Of a DNA stretch of 64,000 nt, positions 1 to 9,725 are shown piece by piece (position 1 is the first letter of the stretch; each line of letters opens with the position of its first letter). Both the position numbers and the translations under genes were made by a program. Source of the DNA: an uncultured delta proteobacterium (lineage in GTDB: Bacteria; Desulfobacterota; Desulfobacteria; Desulfobacterales; UBA2156); the NCBI GenBank assembly GCA_963698465.1, contig CAVOQY010000008.1, forward strand, positions 7,802-71,801, written 5' to 3'. The notes beneath the pieces were generated by a model. It did not search any database. It was not told where the DNA came from and saw only the letters and a program-made list of their open reading frames with translations.

Positions 1-653
1 ACGATAGGCCGAATTTGCAGAACTTGCAATTGTAGGAACATCCGTGCGAAGTCAGCAAAACATCGAGCTCTTCCCTCCGGAAGGCAAACCCGCCCACGTT
101 GAATCGGTAGGGCCGTGCCCGCTGATGTGGCTTGGGAAAAGATAAAGCGGCAAAATCCAGTGGCGGCCGGGGTGAATTGGGTGCCGTGGTCCGGCCCCGG
201 CGGCAGGAGATGTCTTCGATCGAGTGCCAATCCACGCCGCTGGTGATTTCCACCTTGGCGGCCTCCCCCTTCCCGGTGACGACCGCATCGACCCTTAGGC
301 AGCGTTCGAGGATTGTCTCTGAGCTATCGCCGGCCTGTTTGCCGCCGACGATTGCCAAAATCTGGTGCGGCAAACTGTTCACCAGGTGGATAACATCCTC
401 GAAATGGTATTCCCGGTTGATGCTGATGCACAGCAAATCGAACCCAACGGCGATAAACAGCCTCAAATGGACGGAATCGTCCAGAGGATCGAGAACTCTC
501 AGATCTCGCAGGGTTAAGCGCTGGATGTAGGGTTCCAAGGCGGCGACGTATTCGAGTTCGGTTGACGGAAACACCGCCAGCCCTACTTTCCCTGAACGGC
601 TGGGCTGGTAATAGGGGTACAGGCACGGGAAGTGGCGAAAAAAGAGGGCTCAT
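1..653 (-). CDS. B12-binding-domain radical SAM protein, N-terminal part (gene runs off the left edge); apparent 1-nt indel near its start
   Basis: Absent from the ORF track because it has no stop inside the window. Minus-strand translation of 649..1 is stop-free. It reads ...ILAIVGGKQAGDSSETILERCLRVDAVVTGKGE... then ...LLTSHGCSYNCKFCKF, a CxxxCxxC motif with Cys codons at 40-38, 28-26 and 19-17. ATG at 653-651 overlaps the upstream stop as ATGA but is one frame off. The frames rejoin if the A-run at 638-643 is one base shorter. Confidence 0.7.
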
Positions 654-1844
654 GGCCGCTCTCTGCCTGGCCCTACCGGCAAGCGGCCGTCTGCCAGGGT
701 GGAAAAAAGATCCAGCATTTGCCGGTGGTTGGCGTTAACCGAATAGCGGCGGCCGGCGGCGGCCGCCATCCGGGACATCTCGCGCCGCCGCTGGGGGCAC
801 AAAAGCCTTTGCATCGCCGTTTTCAGGGCGGATGGATCGGGCGGATGGAGAATCAAATAGCCGTCACGGCCGGGTCTGAGCATTCCGGCGGCCCCGTTGG
901 CGGTGGTGGTGATGACCGGCAGGCCGCAGTTCATAGCCTCAGCGACCACCAGCGAACAGGCATCGTAATAGGTGGGCAGTACAAAGACATCACTGGCGGC
1001 GTAAAACATCTCCGGGACTGCTTGGGGTCCGGTGAAAATGAACTGCCTTTCCACCCCCAGCTGCTGGATACGTCGGGTCAGCCGACTGTAAGGCCACCCT
1101 CCCACCACCACCACTCGGACCGTTGGATGTAGGTCGGGCCCCAGGGCCGCCACGGAATCCACCAGGGGTTCGATGCCCTTTTTTTTCAGTTCGTGGGCCA
1201 CAAACAAAAAGACGACCTGGTCGTCGCCGAGGTATAAGTCTCGGCGCGGGACGTCGCCGGCAGGCATCCCGGCCAGGAGAAAAGCGCTCGGTGTCCACAC
1301 CGTTATATATCACGTCCACATCGGCGAGTCGTACGCCATGGCAGGCCACCAGATCGTTTTTAATCATATCCGAAATGGCCACCAGGTGCGGCCGGGGGTT
1401 CATCCGGAAAGGGGCGGCTTCAATCCACTGGCGCGTCCAATATTTAGGTGACAGGATCATCAGCCCCCGCTTCAAGGCCCGCAGCCACGGGTTGTGCTGG
1501 GAATAGGTCTTGCGCCAAGCCGAGCAGCGGTGGACCCCCCCGTGGCTCTGGTATACGTTCATAGTCAGGGTGTTGCCGAACCCCAGCACGATGTCGAACG
1601 CCATGCACCGGATCATCCGCCGGTGCCGATGAGCGAAGAGCAGCAGTTGCACCCAAGACGGCAGCCACGCCGGCAGGTGGATGGGGTGAAACACCGCACG
1701 GTCCGGTTCCCGTTTCCAGGTCTTGCCAAACAGGTGCACTTCCCAACCGTTTTCCACCAGGGTCCGGGCCAGGGCTACGGCATAGGCTTCGGCGCCACCG
1801 CGTAGAGGGTCGAAATGTTCAATGGCCAGAGCAATCTTTCTCAA
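650..1844 (-). CDS. Glycosyltransferase family 1 (GT4-like), split by one frameshift around 1255-1295
   Basis: N-terminal ORF 990..1844 reads MRKIALAIEHFDPLRGGAEAYAVALARTLVENGWEVHLFG...VIYNGVDTERFSPG. C-terminal ORF 650..1300 in another frame reads DDQVVFLFVAHELKKKGIEPLV...FVLPTYYDACSLVVAEAMNCGLPVITT, a typical GT1 C-domain. Confidence 0.8.
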
Positions 1845-2007
1845 ACCGGCTGCACTCCATGACCCTTGTATATTTCAGAAACACATACCAAGCCGAATTC
1901 ATGGCAATCACTAGGTCGTTCACTCCGTCCCTGAATCCCTTTTTCCATAAATAGGACTCTGCGAATTTAGCCGCTGCCTACCAGTCGGTGGCTGCCGGCT
2001 TTCATCT

Positions 2008-2949
2008 TCAGTCGAACAGCCGGGTGAAGTGCTTGCGCGAGCGGCCGAATTTGGCGCGCCAGTTTTGTTCCCGGATCTTGTCCCATCGGCGCCCGTCAAA
2101 GTGCGGTCCCTGGCGGGTGCTGCACCAATAGTGATGGACCACACTCTGTCCGCAGAAGCCGCTGCGCCATTTCTGGTCCGGCGGATATCTCTCGACGGTC
2201 AGCCAGGAGGGCCGAAGCATTCCCTCCATCCGTAGAAAATATTCCAGATCTTCGGCGATCCCAACAGGTGCATAGTCCTCATCGAACTCCCCGATCTGCT
2301 CGACCATGGCCGTTCGGATCATGAAACACACCGCTGAGCGGCCCTCCCCCCGAAAGGGAATAAACCCTGGAAGTTGAAGGGCTTTGATCGCCCGGCAGAA
2401 GGCGGCATGCCCACCCCAGGGGGCGTATACCCGCCGGACACACTGACGGATGGCGTCCGCTGACGGGGCATCCTTGGGGTCCAGGCGGTGGCGGCGGGAC
2501 AGCTCGTGGGCCTCCAGAAGTTGGGGCGCCAGGGGCGATCCGTTTTCCAAGGCCGCAACCCAACCGATGCGCCGATCCTGGGCCATGGCCGCCAATAGGG
2601 GCGGCAGCCAGTCGGGACCGAAAATCACGTCGTTGTTGGCGATGACCACCTGGTGATAGCAGTAGCGCCCGGAATCGTGGCCTTCCGGTACGAACTGCAG
2701 GATCTGATTCCAGGCCGCGGCCACCCCCAGATTGGTGGTGTTGCGGTGATGATGGATCGGTAAATCAGCGTGGCCGAACTCATGCTGCAGCAAGCCGGCG
2801 ATGTCGTCTTCCGAGCCATTGTCGACGACCAGCAGGGACGGACACAGATCCGGATCTCCGGCGGGGGTGTTCGCTATCAGGCTTTCCAGGCAGACCCGAG
2901 TCATTTCGATGTTGTCCAGAACCGGAATGCCAATAAGAATTTTCGTCAT
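2008..2949 (-). CDS. Glycosyltransferase family 2
   Basis: Taken from Met MTKILIGIPVLDNIEMTRVCLESL...LLVVDNGSEDD (GT-A fold N-terminal signature). The ORF-track N-terminal extension to 3015 was not used. Confidence 0.75.
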   Translation of the reverse strand: MTKILIGIPVLDNIEMTRVCLESLIANTPAGDPDLCPSLLVVDNGSEDDIAGLLQHEFGHADLPIHHHRNTTNLGVAAAWNQILQFVPEGHDSGRYCYHQVVIANNDVIFGPDWLPPLLAAMAQDRRIGWVAALENGSPLAPQLLEAHELSRRHRLDPKDAPSADAIRQCVRRVYAPWGGHAAFCRAIKALQLPGFIPFRGEGRSAVCFMIRTAMVEQIGEFDEDYAPVGIAEDLEYFLRMEGMLRPSWLTVERYPPDQKWRSGFCGQSVVHHYWCSTRQGPHFDGRRWDKIREQNWRAKFGRSRKHFTRLFD

Positions 2950-3796
2950 TAGCCGGTACCTCCTTCCGGTAACCCCAGCCGTCCGGTCGTTGCGGCCCTG
3001 GGCGGCCTTTTCCATGCCTTATCGGATCCTACCAATCGCTTTTGGAAAACGACTTGATTAATACGAAGTCGCTATTTAATTGCGTATGGAGCGGGTAACG
3101 AATTGCGTTCCGTTACCCCAAGACAGGAGAGCGTTTTGTTGCCGTGTTTTTCGGATCAATCGATACTCAAATCGAGATTGGTTGTCAATACAGAGAGTCT
3201 CTCCAGAAGATTCCTAATTAGGCTTATTTGGGCATAGCTCGACGGATCGGCGGCGACCGGTTTTTAGATTCGTATTCATGGGGTAAACCGGATCGGCGAT
3301 GAAGTCCTCGGCATAAAGCTGAGGGATGTCTTCTTATGCGGGGATTGAGTGATAGGCGGGGCATGGGCGACTGGTCATGGAGGCCTCTTGAATTCTCCTA
3401 GATTCAGATGCCGGAGAATTTATTACTCCATTCGGATCTTCAATAAACGTAACAATCCTAATTTTTGTTTGGCATTTAGGGAAGGTCAGGTGGTAGAGCT
3501 TATAGGTTATTGTTCTTTACTCCCACTTTCATGGCGCTTGAAACTTGAATCGGCCAAAGCTGCTCTCCCACTTTGTCGGTTTTCTCCTCTTTATCTAATT
3601 TTGATGCAATACCCAGTTTAGCGCGGTTGCGCGAAATAGAAAGACAGAAAAAAAGCTGGGTACCTATTTTCACGGTAATTGAATTCTAGTGATTTTTGTG
3701 ACATGTGGGCTTTAAATCGGTCTCCAGGTTCTCCGCAAATAAAACCGGTGTATACGCCACCGACTTTGGTGCATCAGGCTTGTCGCGCCGGGGGCT

Positions 3797-5422
3797 TCAT
3801 GGAACTTGAAAAAGGACCATGTCCCCGGTGTCCGCGTGGTTCCAGCGGCCGATTTCGATTAATCCTTGCCCGTAACCGCCCGTGAAAAAGTTTGGTTTAT
3901 TTTCCGGCCAAGCCTTTTCTACCCATAGAAAATACTTCATATCCCGATTGCGCAGATGTTTGACGAAGCCGTCCGGATAAGCCGCGAGAATATCGGTAAA
4001 ATGGCTTTGATCCGGCCTGGGGCACGGGGCGCCGGTGACCTCAAGGTTGGCGTAGAAATAAACCCAGGCCAGGGCGCCGGTGAGAGCGGAAGAGGTGATG
4101 TTGATAGTCCTGTTTTGCCTTTCCCGGTCGTGGATCATTTGTCCGATTTCTTTAAAAACCAGTTTATCGGCTTCGCGAGGGGCGATATTTTTTGGTATAG
4201 ACACCGATATAACAAACAGGATGGCCAAGATGATAACGGTTTTTTTCTTTAATGCGAATCTTGCTTCCAGGACGTTTATGATCCATTCCAGCCCAAAGCC
4301 CAAGAAGATGAAGCAAGGCAAAACAAGGGGGACCCAATAACGGTGGATATCATGCCAGGTGGAAAGCACGCCGACATAGAGGCCCGAGAAAAGGGTGGCG
4401 GCCAAAAGCGCGAAGTAGAGGATCCGCCGGTCAGTGCGAAGCCGAGCCGAAAGAGTCCCGCAACCGATGAGAACAATAAGAAAGAATGGGTACCAGAATG
4501 CTTCCATAAATGCGTGGGTGGTCGCACCCAGGGCGATCCACCAAACCAGGTTGCGGGTGATGACCAGAAACTCGAATGGAATCCCGTGAGGTGGATGCCG
4601 CCGCAAAATCTCGAGCGCGGCCCGGATATTGGAACCTTCGGCCGCTGGTCCGTGCACGAGCTCTTGGAATGTGAAATGAATCGAGAAAATATCACCGGCC
4701 CGGATGTGGTATACGAGAACGGCGATCATGGAGCCGGCCATGGCCGTCAAAACCGGCCAGATGAAATATACAAGTGACAAAGTTTTTTTCTCAATCTTCG
4801 ATATAAGGATAAAGCCGGCGGACACGACGATAAAGCCGGCGCCTTCGATCCGGCCGCAAGTGGCTAGGACAAAGGACAGACCACTCAGGGTCAGGAAATT
4901 GCGGCCCCGGCCATCCAGGGCCAGGACAAACCAGTACATCCCCAGAACCAGGAAAAACCAGGACGGCGGCCCTCGCAGCAGGTCGGTGTGCCAGGCGGCC
5001 AGGTTCGGGGTCAGGGCGTAGACGAGGGCGATCAGGCCACTAATACGGAGATCGAAGAATCTTTTGGCTAGGAGGTATAAGGGCACGAGGGTGGCGGTTC
5101 CGAAAGCGATGTTAACCAGTCGTCCGGCAGCAACCCAGTCCCCAAGCACGGTGTAGGCGCCAACGACAAAAAAGGGATAGGGAGAAACATGACCGTGAAT
5201 GAGTTCGTAATTACAGGCTACTAGGGCGTCCCACAAGCCATAATAAATGGCCCGGGCCTGGTGGAGGTATAGGCAACCGTCAAGGTTGGCGATGGTGGTA
5301 TTGGCGGCGATGTAGAGACGAAAGCCCAGGGCGGCCACAAGTATCAACCATAGCGATACGTGTGGGAGAAAAGGAATTAGACTCTGGTCGGTGGTCGGAT
5401 ATTTTTTCGATGATTCGGACAA
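3797..5422 (-). CDS. Polytopic membrane protein, probable GT-C fold glycosyltransferase (ArnT/PMT_2-like)
   Basis: 541-aa ORF with many hydrophobic segments along its length. It has a soluble C-terminal tail and lies inside a glycosyltransferase cluster. The family call is by overall architecture only. Confidence 0.55.
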   Translation of the reverse strand: MSESSKKYPTTDQSLIPFLPHVSLWLILVAALGFRLYIAANTTIANLDGCLYLHQARAIYYGLWDALVACNYELIHGHVSPYPFFVVGAYTVLGDWVAAGRLVNIAFGTATLVPLYLLAKRFFDLRISGLIALVYALTPNLAAWHTDLLRGPPSWFFLVLGMYWFVLALDGRGRNFLTLSGLSFVLATCGRIEGAGFIVVSAGFILISKIEKKTLSLVYFIWPVLTAMAGSMIAVLVYHIRAGDIFSIHFTFQELVHGPAAEGSNIRAALEILRRHPPHGIPFEFLVITRNLVWWIALGATTHAFMEAFWYPFFLIVLIGCGTLSARLRTDRRILYFALLAATLFSGLYVGVLSTWHDIHRYWVPLVLPCFIFLGFGLEWIINVLEARFALKKKTVIILAILFVISVSIPKNIAPREADKLVFKEIGQMIHDRERQNRTINITSSALTGALAWVYFYANLEVTGAPCPRPDQSHFTDILAAYPDGFVKHLRNRDMKYFLWVEKAWPENKPNFFTGGYGQGLIEIGRWNHADTGDMVLFQVP

Positions 5423-5469
5423 CTAACCCTCTTTTCAGTATGGCCCGTGGGCCTCTGCCGACCAGTGAT

Positions 5470-6390
5470 TCAGATCCAGTAAAACTTTCGCCACCAGACC
5501 ATAAAAACCAGAAAGGCGAATATTTTCCGGTTATGGTCGACTTTTGTTGAAAGTTTTTGGTAAACAATGCGCTTTACGTAATACGGATCAAACAGGCCGA
5601 CGTCTTTGATGTTTTTTTCGAACAGGGTGTCCAGGGTTAACTCCTTGAGTTCGTTGCAGAACCAATATTCCATCGGCGGGCTAAACCCTTTTTTAGGCAT
5701 ATATTTTCCGCGGGAGTCTTTCTCTATCCAGTTTTCTGAAAAGGTGTTTGGTTTTAAAAAGCCGGGTTTTCATGGGGCCTGGAATGCCGGCAGAAAATTC
5801 GACGAGTTGCCGGTCGCAAAACGGAACTCGGACCTCGAGGCCATGAGCCATACTCATCAGGTTGGCTTTGGCCAGGACGATGTCCCGCAGGAAAACCAAG
5901 ATATCGATTCGCATGAGCCTGTTTTCCATGTCGACACCGGAGGTCATGTCGAATAATGCCGGTATAAGGCCAAGGATGCGTCAAGGCCCGTTTATCCGGC
6001 CAGGTCCGGATGGAGGAGTTGCGCTGTTCTCGGGGATTAAAGATGGCCTTCCTATGTTAGTGTCCCTCATCATAAGGTATATCCGCGACGGATGTAAACC
6101 GTTTGGCCATAAAATCGAAAGTAATGCGATTGAACGACGTGGGCAGCCCACGGACGAGTCGCTTATTGTTGATATCCCGATACACGATTCCGGGAGGGTA
6201 GTCCCATCCAAGCAGGGGATGGAATATATAGAAACTGGTGTCTTGCCTACGTTGGAGCCGTCCAGAAAGGCCGGTTTACTGAAGAACACGGGATGAAGGC
6301 TAAGGATTTTGGCCCTTTGAGCGAGGTGGAACTCGATACTACCGTACCCGATTCGATGGCGCACCCTGTAGGGAATCGAATTCTTCAACA
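5470..6390 (-). pseudogene. Asparagine synthase (AsnB-like) remnant: 5'-truncated, frameshifted, with an internal stop
   Basis: ORF 5693..5947 reads ...LAKANLMSMAHGLEVRVPFCDRQLVEFSAGIP.... ORF 5470..5700 reads KKGFSPPMEYWF...GLFDPYYV. Together these match an AsnB C-terminal domain but sit in two frames. Further upstream the coding signal jumps frame again, with a stop near 6057. A degenerate PP-loop-like stretch (ESGTVVSS) lies near 6340. There is no room for a glutamine amidotransferase domain before the next gene. Confidence 0.55.
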
Positions 6391-6514
6391 CCAACCACGA
6401 TCCTCCTTCAACTCCAACCTTCGTGTGCATTCCTTAATGAGTTTTGCCTTTCTCCATCTGCCACCCTTTACAGACAAAGAGGCCGGAGAAACAGAGAGGG
6501 ATTGCCGGCCAACA

Positions 6515-8398
6515 CTAGTAATGCGAAGCCCTGCGATCTATCGGAAGACCATCAATGGTGCGATATTTCAGATCTGATTCCAGTGCTTCCTGTCGCGGAA
6601 AGAATCCTGGCCGATCGGGCTTGCCGCCCATGTATACGTAATAGTCGCGGATCCCCGGGACCTGTGTCCAACCTTCGTTGTTCAGTTTACTAAAGGCTTT
6701 GCCGAAAGCCACCACCAGGTTGACTCCAACTTCCTCGAGCGATTGAAGCGCTTGGCGCCGATCAGCCTCAGAGGCAGACAACAACTGCTGCTCGCTAGGG
6801 ATTTCGGCAATGATGTGTAATCCCGCCATGCGTCCCCAATAATAGGGAGGCATACCAACGAGGGCGACGTCGGTTCCCGGTTGAATACCCCGATGAAGCA
6901 GGAAATCTTTCAGCACAAGCATTTGCCCGTACGCTTCAGCGTACGAAGGCTTCTCTGCTGTAGAGCGTAGACCTCGAAGGGACTGATCCGCAACGGAGCT
7001 GACCGTGAGTGCAAGCGTCAGAATCGCTACGATGGCTGCAAAGGCCACCGCTCTAAGATTTCCTTGCCGGTCACTCCATTTGTGGCGCTGGTGCAGTACC
7101 AACGCGAGAAAAATGAGGAAGAGAAACGGAGCAACATATCTCATTTCCACGTGTATACTGCTGTATATAAGAATTCCTGCAGCCCCGATAATTGATAGAA
7201 AGAGCGCGTGGGAGGGCATCCATCCTTTCCGCGGCTTCAAAGCTCCTACAAAGAGCAGCCAAAGGCACCAGAGAATGCAGCAAATCGACAACGCCAGTCG
7301 GTCATTGATGATTTCCCATACATGCCACAGCAAAAGTCTCAGATGAATCCATGGATTAAATACAGGCTCTATTCCGTTTGCCCAATAACTAGGGTCGAAC
7401 GTTGCGGGACGCGTGGAGTTCACATATGGATTGTCCCGGTAAAGAAGCACCTCAGGTGCTTCGTTTAACTCGATCGGTTTGTGCACGCTCTGCCCTCGAC
7501 CGGCAATATACTTCGCATAGTTCAATTTCCCTGTTTCGCCGAAGGAGAATCGTCCGACCTTTTCAGACAAGCCATAAATTAAAGGTCCACACACCGCAAG
7601 CATCACCACCACAGCCACAGTCATCCGGGGGACGGCCACTCGCACGGATTGAGAGGCTATCGCTGCCAGAACAAAAAATACCAAGGAAAAAGGAAAAAAG
7701 AATGTTTTGAAGAGATATGATATTCCTGCGCAAATGCCCAGCAGCATAAATTTGAAGTAAGACCGAGGATTGTCTCGGATCCACAAAATGACCGTAGCAG
7801 TGGCCATTACAAGACCGAAAACGGCCATCTCAGGCGCAACCAGTCGAGGCCTCACCCAGTTGAAAATGCAGAAGAGGCACATTCCGTAGGCAAGTAAAAG
7901 GACTAGCGGCGGTGGCAACGGCTTGCCTTGATCGTTTGTGTCTGCCGGAAGTCGGCGCTTCATATATTGCACAAGCACATCACTTGCTCCCAGGGCAAAA
8001 AGCATACAAAGGTAGTTTACCCATTTGAGCAACGGCACCTCATTCAATCGATTTGTATCAAGAAGAAGCTGCCCCAGACCAAGGAGAAATGCATATCCAG
8101 GGCTGGCGGTCAAGTTGATCAGCCCCGACCAGCGCCCCATGCGGATGGCTTCGCCCATTTCTATGTAGTTGATCGCGTCTCCATTTATGAAATGCCTCGT
8201 GCTGTACGTGAGAAATGCCCCGGCTCCAATCCCGATAATCCAGTACCCGGAGCGAATTACCGATTTCGGAGTCCTCGTTTCTCCGTTTACTCTTTCGTGG
8301 ATCATGAATTGCGAAAGAATTTCAAGGACTCGTAGACTCCGCTGGAAAGCCGATACAACTACCCATGCACTACTACGGAACAATTTCCTGACCAACAT
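6515..8398 (-). CDS. Large polytopic membrane protein with C-terminal soluble domain, probable GT-C type glycosyltransferase
   Basis: 627-aa ORF with about 10 or more hydrophobic helices. An acidic first-loop segment (INGDAINYIEMGEAI) recalls ArnT/PMT_2 proteins. A soluble domain of about 150 aa sits at the C-terminus. Confidence 0.5.
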   Translation of the reverse strand: MLVRKLFRSSAWVVVSAFQRSLRVLEILSQFMIHERVNGETRTPKSVIRSGYWIIGIGAGAFLTYSTRHFINGDAINYIEMGEAIRMGRWSGLINLTASPGYAFLLGLGQLLLDTNRLNEVPLLKWVNYLCMLFALGASDVLVQYMKRRLPADTNDQGKPLPPPLVLLLAYGMCLFCIFNWVRPRLVAPEMAVFGLVMATATVILWIRDNPRSYFKFMLLGICAGISYLFKTFFFPFSLVFFVLAAIASQSVRVAVPRMTVAVVVMLAVCGPLIYGLSEKVGRFSFGETGKLNYAKYIAGRGQSVHKPIELNEAPEVLLYRDNPYVNSTRPATFDPSYWANGIEPVFNPWIHLRLLLWHVWEIINDRLALSICCILWCLWLLFVGALKPRKGWMPSHALFLSIIGAAGILIYSSIHVEMRYVAPFLFLIFLALVLHQRHKWSDRQGNLRAVAFAAIVAILTLALTVSSVADQSLRGLRSTAEKPSYAEAYGQMLVLKDFLLHRGIQPGTDVALVGMPPYYWGRMAGLHIIAEIPSEQQLLSASEADRRQALQSLEEVGVNLVVAFGKAFSKLNNEGWTQVPGIRDYYVYMGGKPDRPGFFPRQEALESDLKYRTIDGLPIDRRASHY

Positions 8399-8575
8399 GC
8401 GAGATATCGAAGTCCCCCTGAAAACTAGAAGCCATCTTAAAAAAACGTCGTTCGGGAATTATCAGTCATGGCGACAACAGCCTGAAATAATTTAAAAATA
8501 TCAGATGTCCGCGTAACTATATAAAAATATTATAAAAATCTAGACATCGCATCTTGATTATGCTATATAATCAGG

Positions 8576-9195
8576 ATGGACATCACAAACGAACAATGAA
8601 ATCGGATAGAGCCCATTATCCAGAAGCTAACTCCGCCCAAAGATCCAAGGGGTCGGCCGCCACGCGATCCACGGCAGGTTTTTAATGGCATCCTGTGGAT
8701 CCTACGAACCGGAGCTCCCTGGAAAGATATGCCCCAGCGGCATCCTCCGTATCAGACCTGCCACAGGTGGTTCCAGCAAAAGGCACCAAGATCATGGCAA
8801 TTGCAGACGCTTCTGGTATTCCTGTCGCCGCTCACATTGAAAGCGCTTCGCCCCATGAAGTGAAATTGGTTGAAGAGACGATCGACAGTGGCTTTACGCG
8901 GTATGCTCCGGATCGAATTGTTGGCGACAAGGCCTATGACAGTGATGAACTTGACCGGCGGTTGATTGATGAGCGCAACGTTCAAATGATCGCGCCTCAT
9001 CGAAAAGGGCGTAAGAAGCCTAAAACCCAAGATGGACGGAGACTGAGACCATATCGGAGAAGATGGAAAGTGGAGAGACTTTTTGCCTGGTTTCAGAATT
9101 CTAGACGCCTTGTAGTTCGATACGAATACCATGCCGGTAACTTCCTGGGTATGCTGCAACTCGGATGCTCAATAATCCTACTTCGGTTTTTTTGA
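8576..9195 (+). mobile_element. Decayed IS5-family (IS427/IS1031-like) DDE transposase gene: nonsense codon plus internal deletion/frameshift
   Basis: N-terminal frame reads [68 protein letters not shown], with TGA at 8597-8599 where Trp is expected. The frame switches near 8780 into [27 protein letters not shown]...[11 protein letters not shown]...[44 protein letters not shown]. About 60 aa normally found between the two parts are missing. I could not identify terminal inverted repeats. Confidence 0.75.
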
Positions 9196-9376
9196 GATGG
9201 CTTGGTATAGGCCCTGGAAACAAATTTGAATCTTAGCTAATTGGGGTTTTAAGAGTTTTTTTGTTAACAGGATGGTGTTATCAAGTCAAGTGATATCAAG
9301 GTAATATAACGATTAAGTCCATAAAAACATACCCATACCCTTTAGTGTTTCAAATTGCCGTCTTTGTTTAATTTCT

Positions 9377-9405
9377 TTGACAACAGATCGATTTTGATAT
9401 AAAAT
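9377..9405 (+). promoter_or_regulatory. Sigma70-type promoter candidate (TTGACA-17 nt-TAAAAT)
   Basis: TTGACA at 9377-9382, a 17-nt spacer, then TAAAAT at 9400-9405. It lies in an AT-rich stretch directly upstream of the GC-rich structured segment. Confidence 0.5.
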
Positions 9406-9411
9406 TCATCT

Positions 9412-9557
9412 TAAAAGAATTCATGCAGAGTGGCGCAAGGGACCTGGCCCGATGACCGCCCGGCAACCTGATCCGCAAGGTGCCAAAGCCAGGATCCATG
9501 AGGTCAGAAATGACAACCGGATCCCACAGACCGCCTCATGGGCGGTTTCTGCGTTTC
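9412..9557 (+). ncRNA. Candidate structured RNA (riboswitch-like leader or small RNA), class unknown
   Basis: An abrupt GC-rich segment follows the promoter. Helices: cctggc 9443-9448 with gccagg 9488-9493; ggcaacc 9462-9468 with ggtgcc 9479-9484; ggatcc 9492-9497 with ggatcc 9519-9524, enclosing gtca-GAAA-tgac at 9503-9514. It ends in a terminator hairpin. Alternative pairing: ccatgagg 9496-9503 with cctcatgg 9534-9541. Confidence 0.45.
9529..9557 (+). terminator. Intrinsic terminator candidate ending the structured RNA
   Basis: Stem accgcc (9530-9535) and ggcggt (9541-9546) with loop tcatg, followed by the T-rich tail ttctgcgttt. Confidence 0.45.
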
Positions 9558-9725
9558 AGGGCACAGTCCCGCTCTCCCCCTATCTCCGTCTACCCATCAT
9601 TATCCCAATGTCGGGCGATTTGACCCAGCAGCTTGCTCCCGCATCACCAAAACACGCTAAAGCGCTGAAAGGATCCTGTGCCGTCTCGGTGTGGGGTTTT
9701 TTGTCAGGCGGAAACGGAGGGTTCG

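Noticed and set aside
650-652. Read-through or selenocysteine decoding of the TGA between GT1 and the radical SAM frame, and of the TGA at 8597-8599 in the IS
   Set aside because: No SECIS-like hairpin is evident. The ATGA overlap plus an A-run indel explains the first case more simply. A plain TGG-to-TGA mutation in an already deleted gene explains the second.
3349-3621. 90-aa plus-strand ORF in the AT-rich spacer
   Set aside because: It has no RBS, odd composition and no motif. It lies in a region without coding periodicity.
9412-9557. Assignment of the structured RNA to a known riboswitch class (TPP, c-di-GMP-I/II, fluoride, ZTP) or to SRP RNA
   Set aside because: Only short partial resemblances were found, e.g. 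AACCUGAUCC to TPP and CGAUGACCGCCC to fluoride or ZTP. The obligatory core motifs are absent: CUGAGA; GGCAAA plus ACGCAAAGC; CUGAUGA...CCUAC; CCGCCUGGGC; and the GGAA/AGCAGCC of SRP. Infernal is needed for a real answer.
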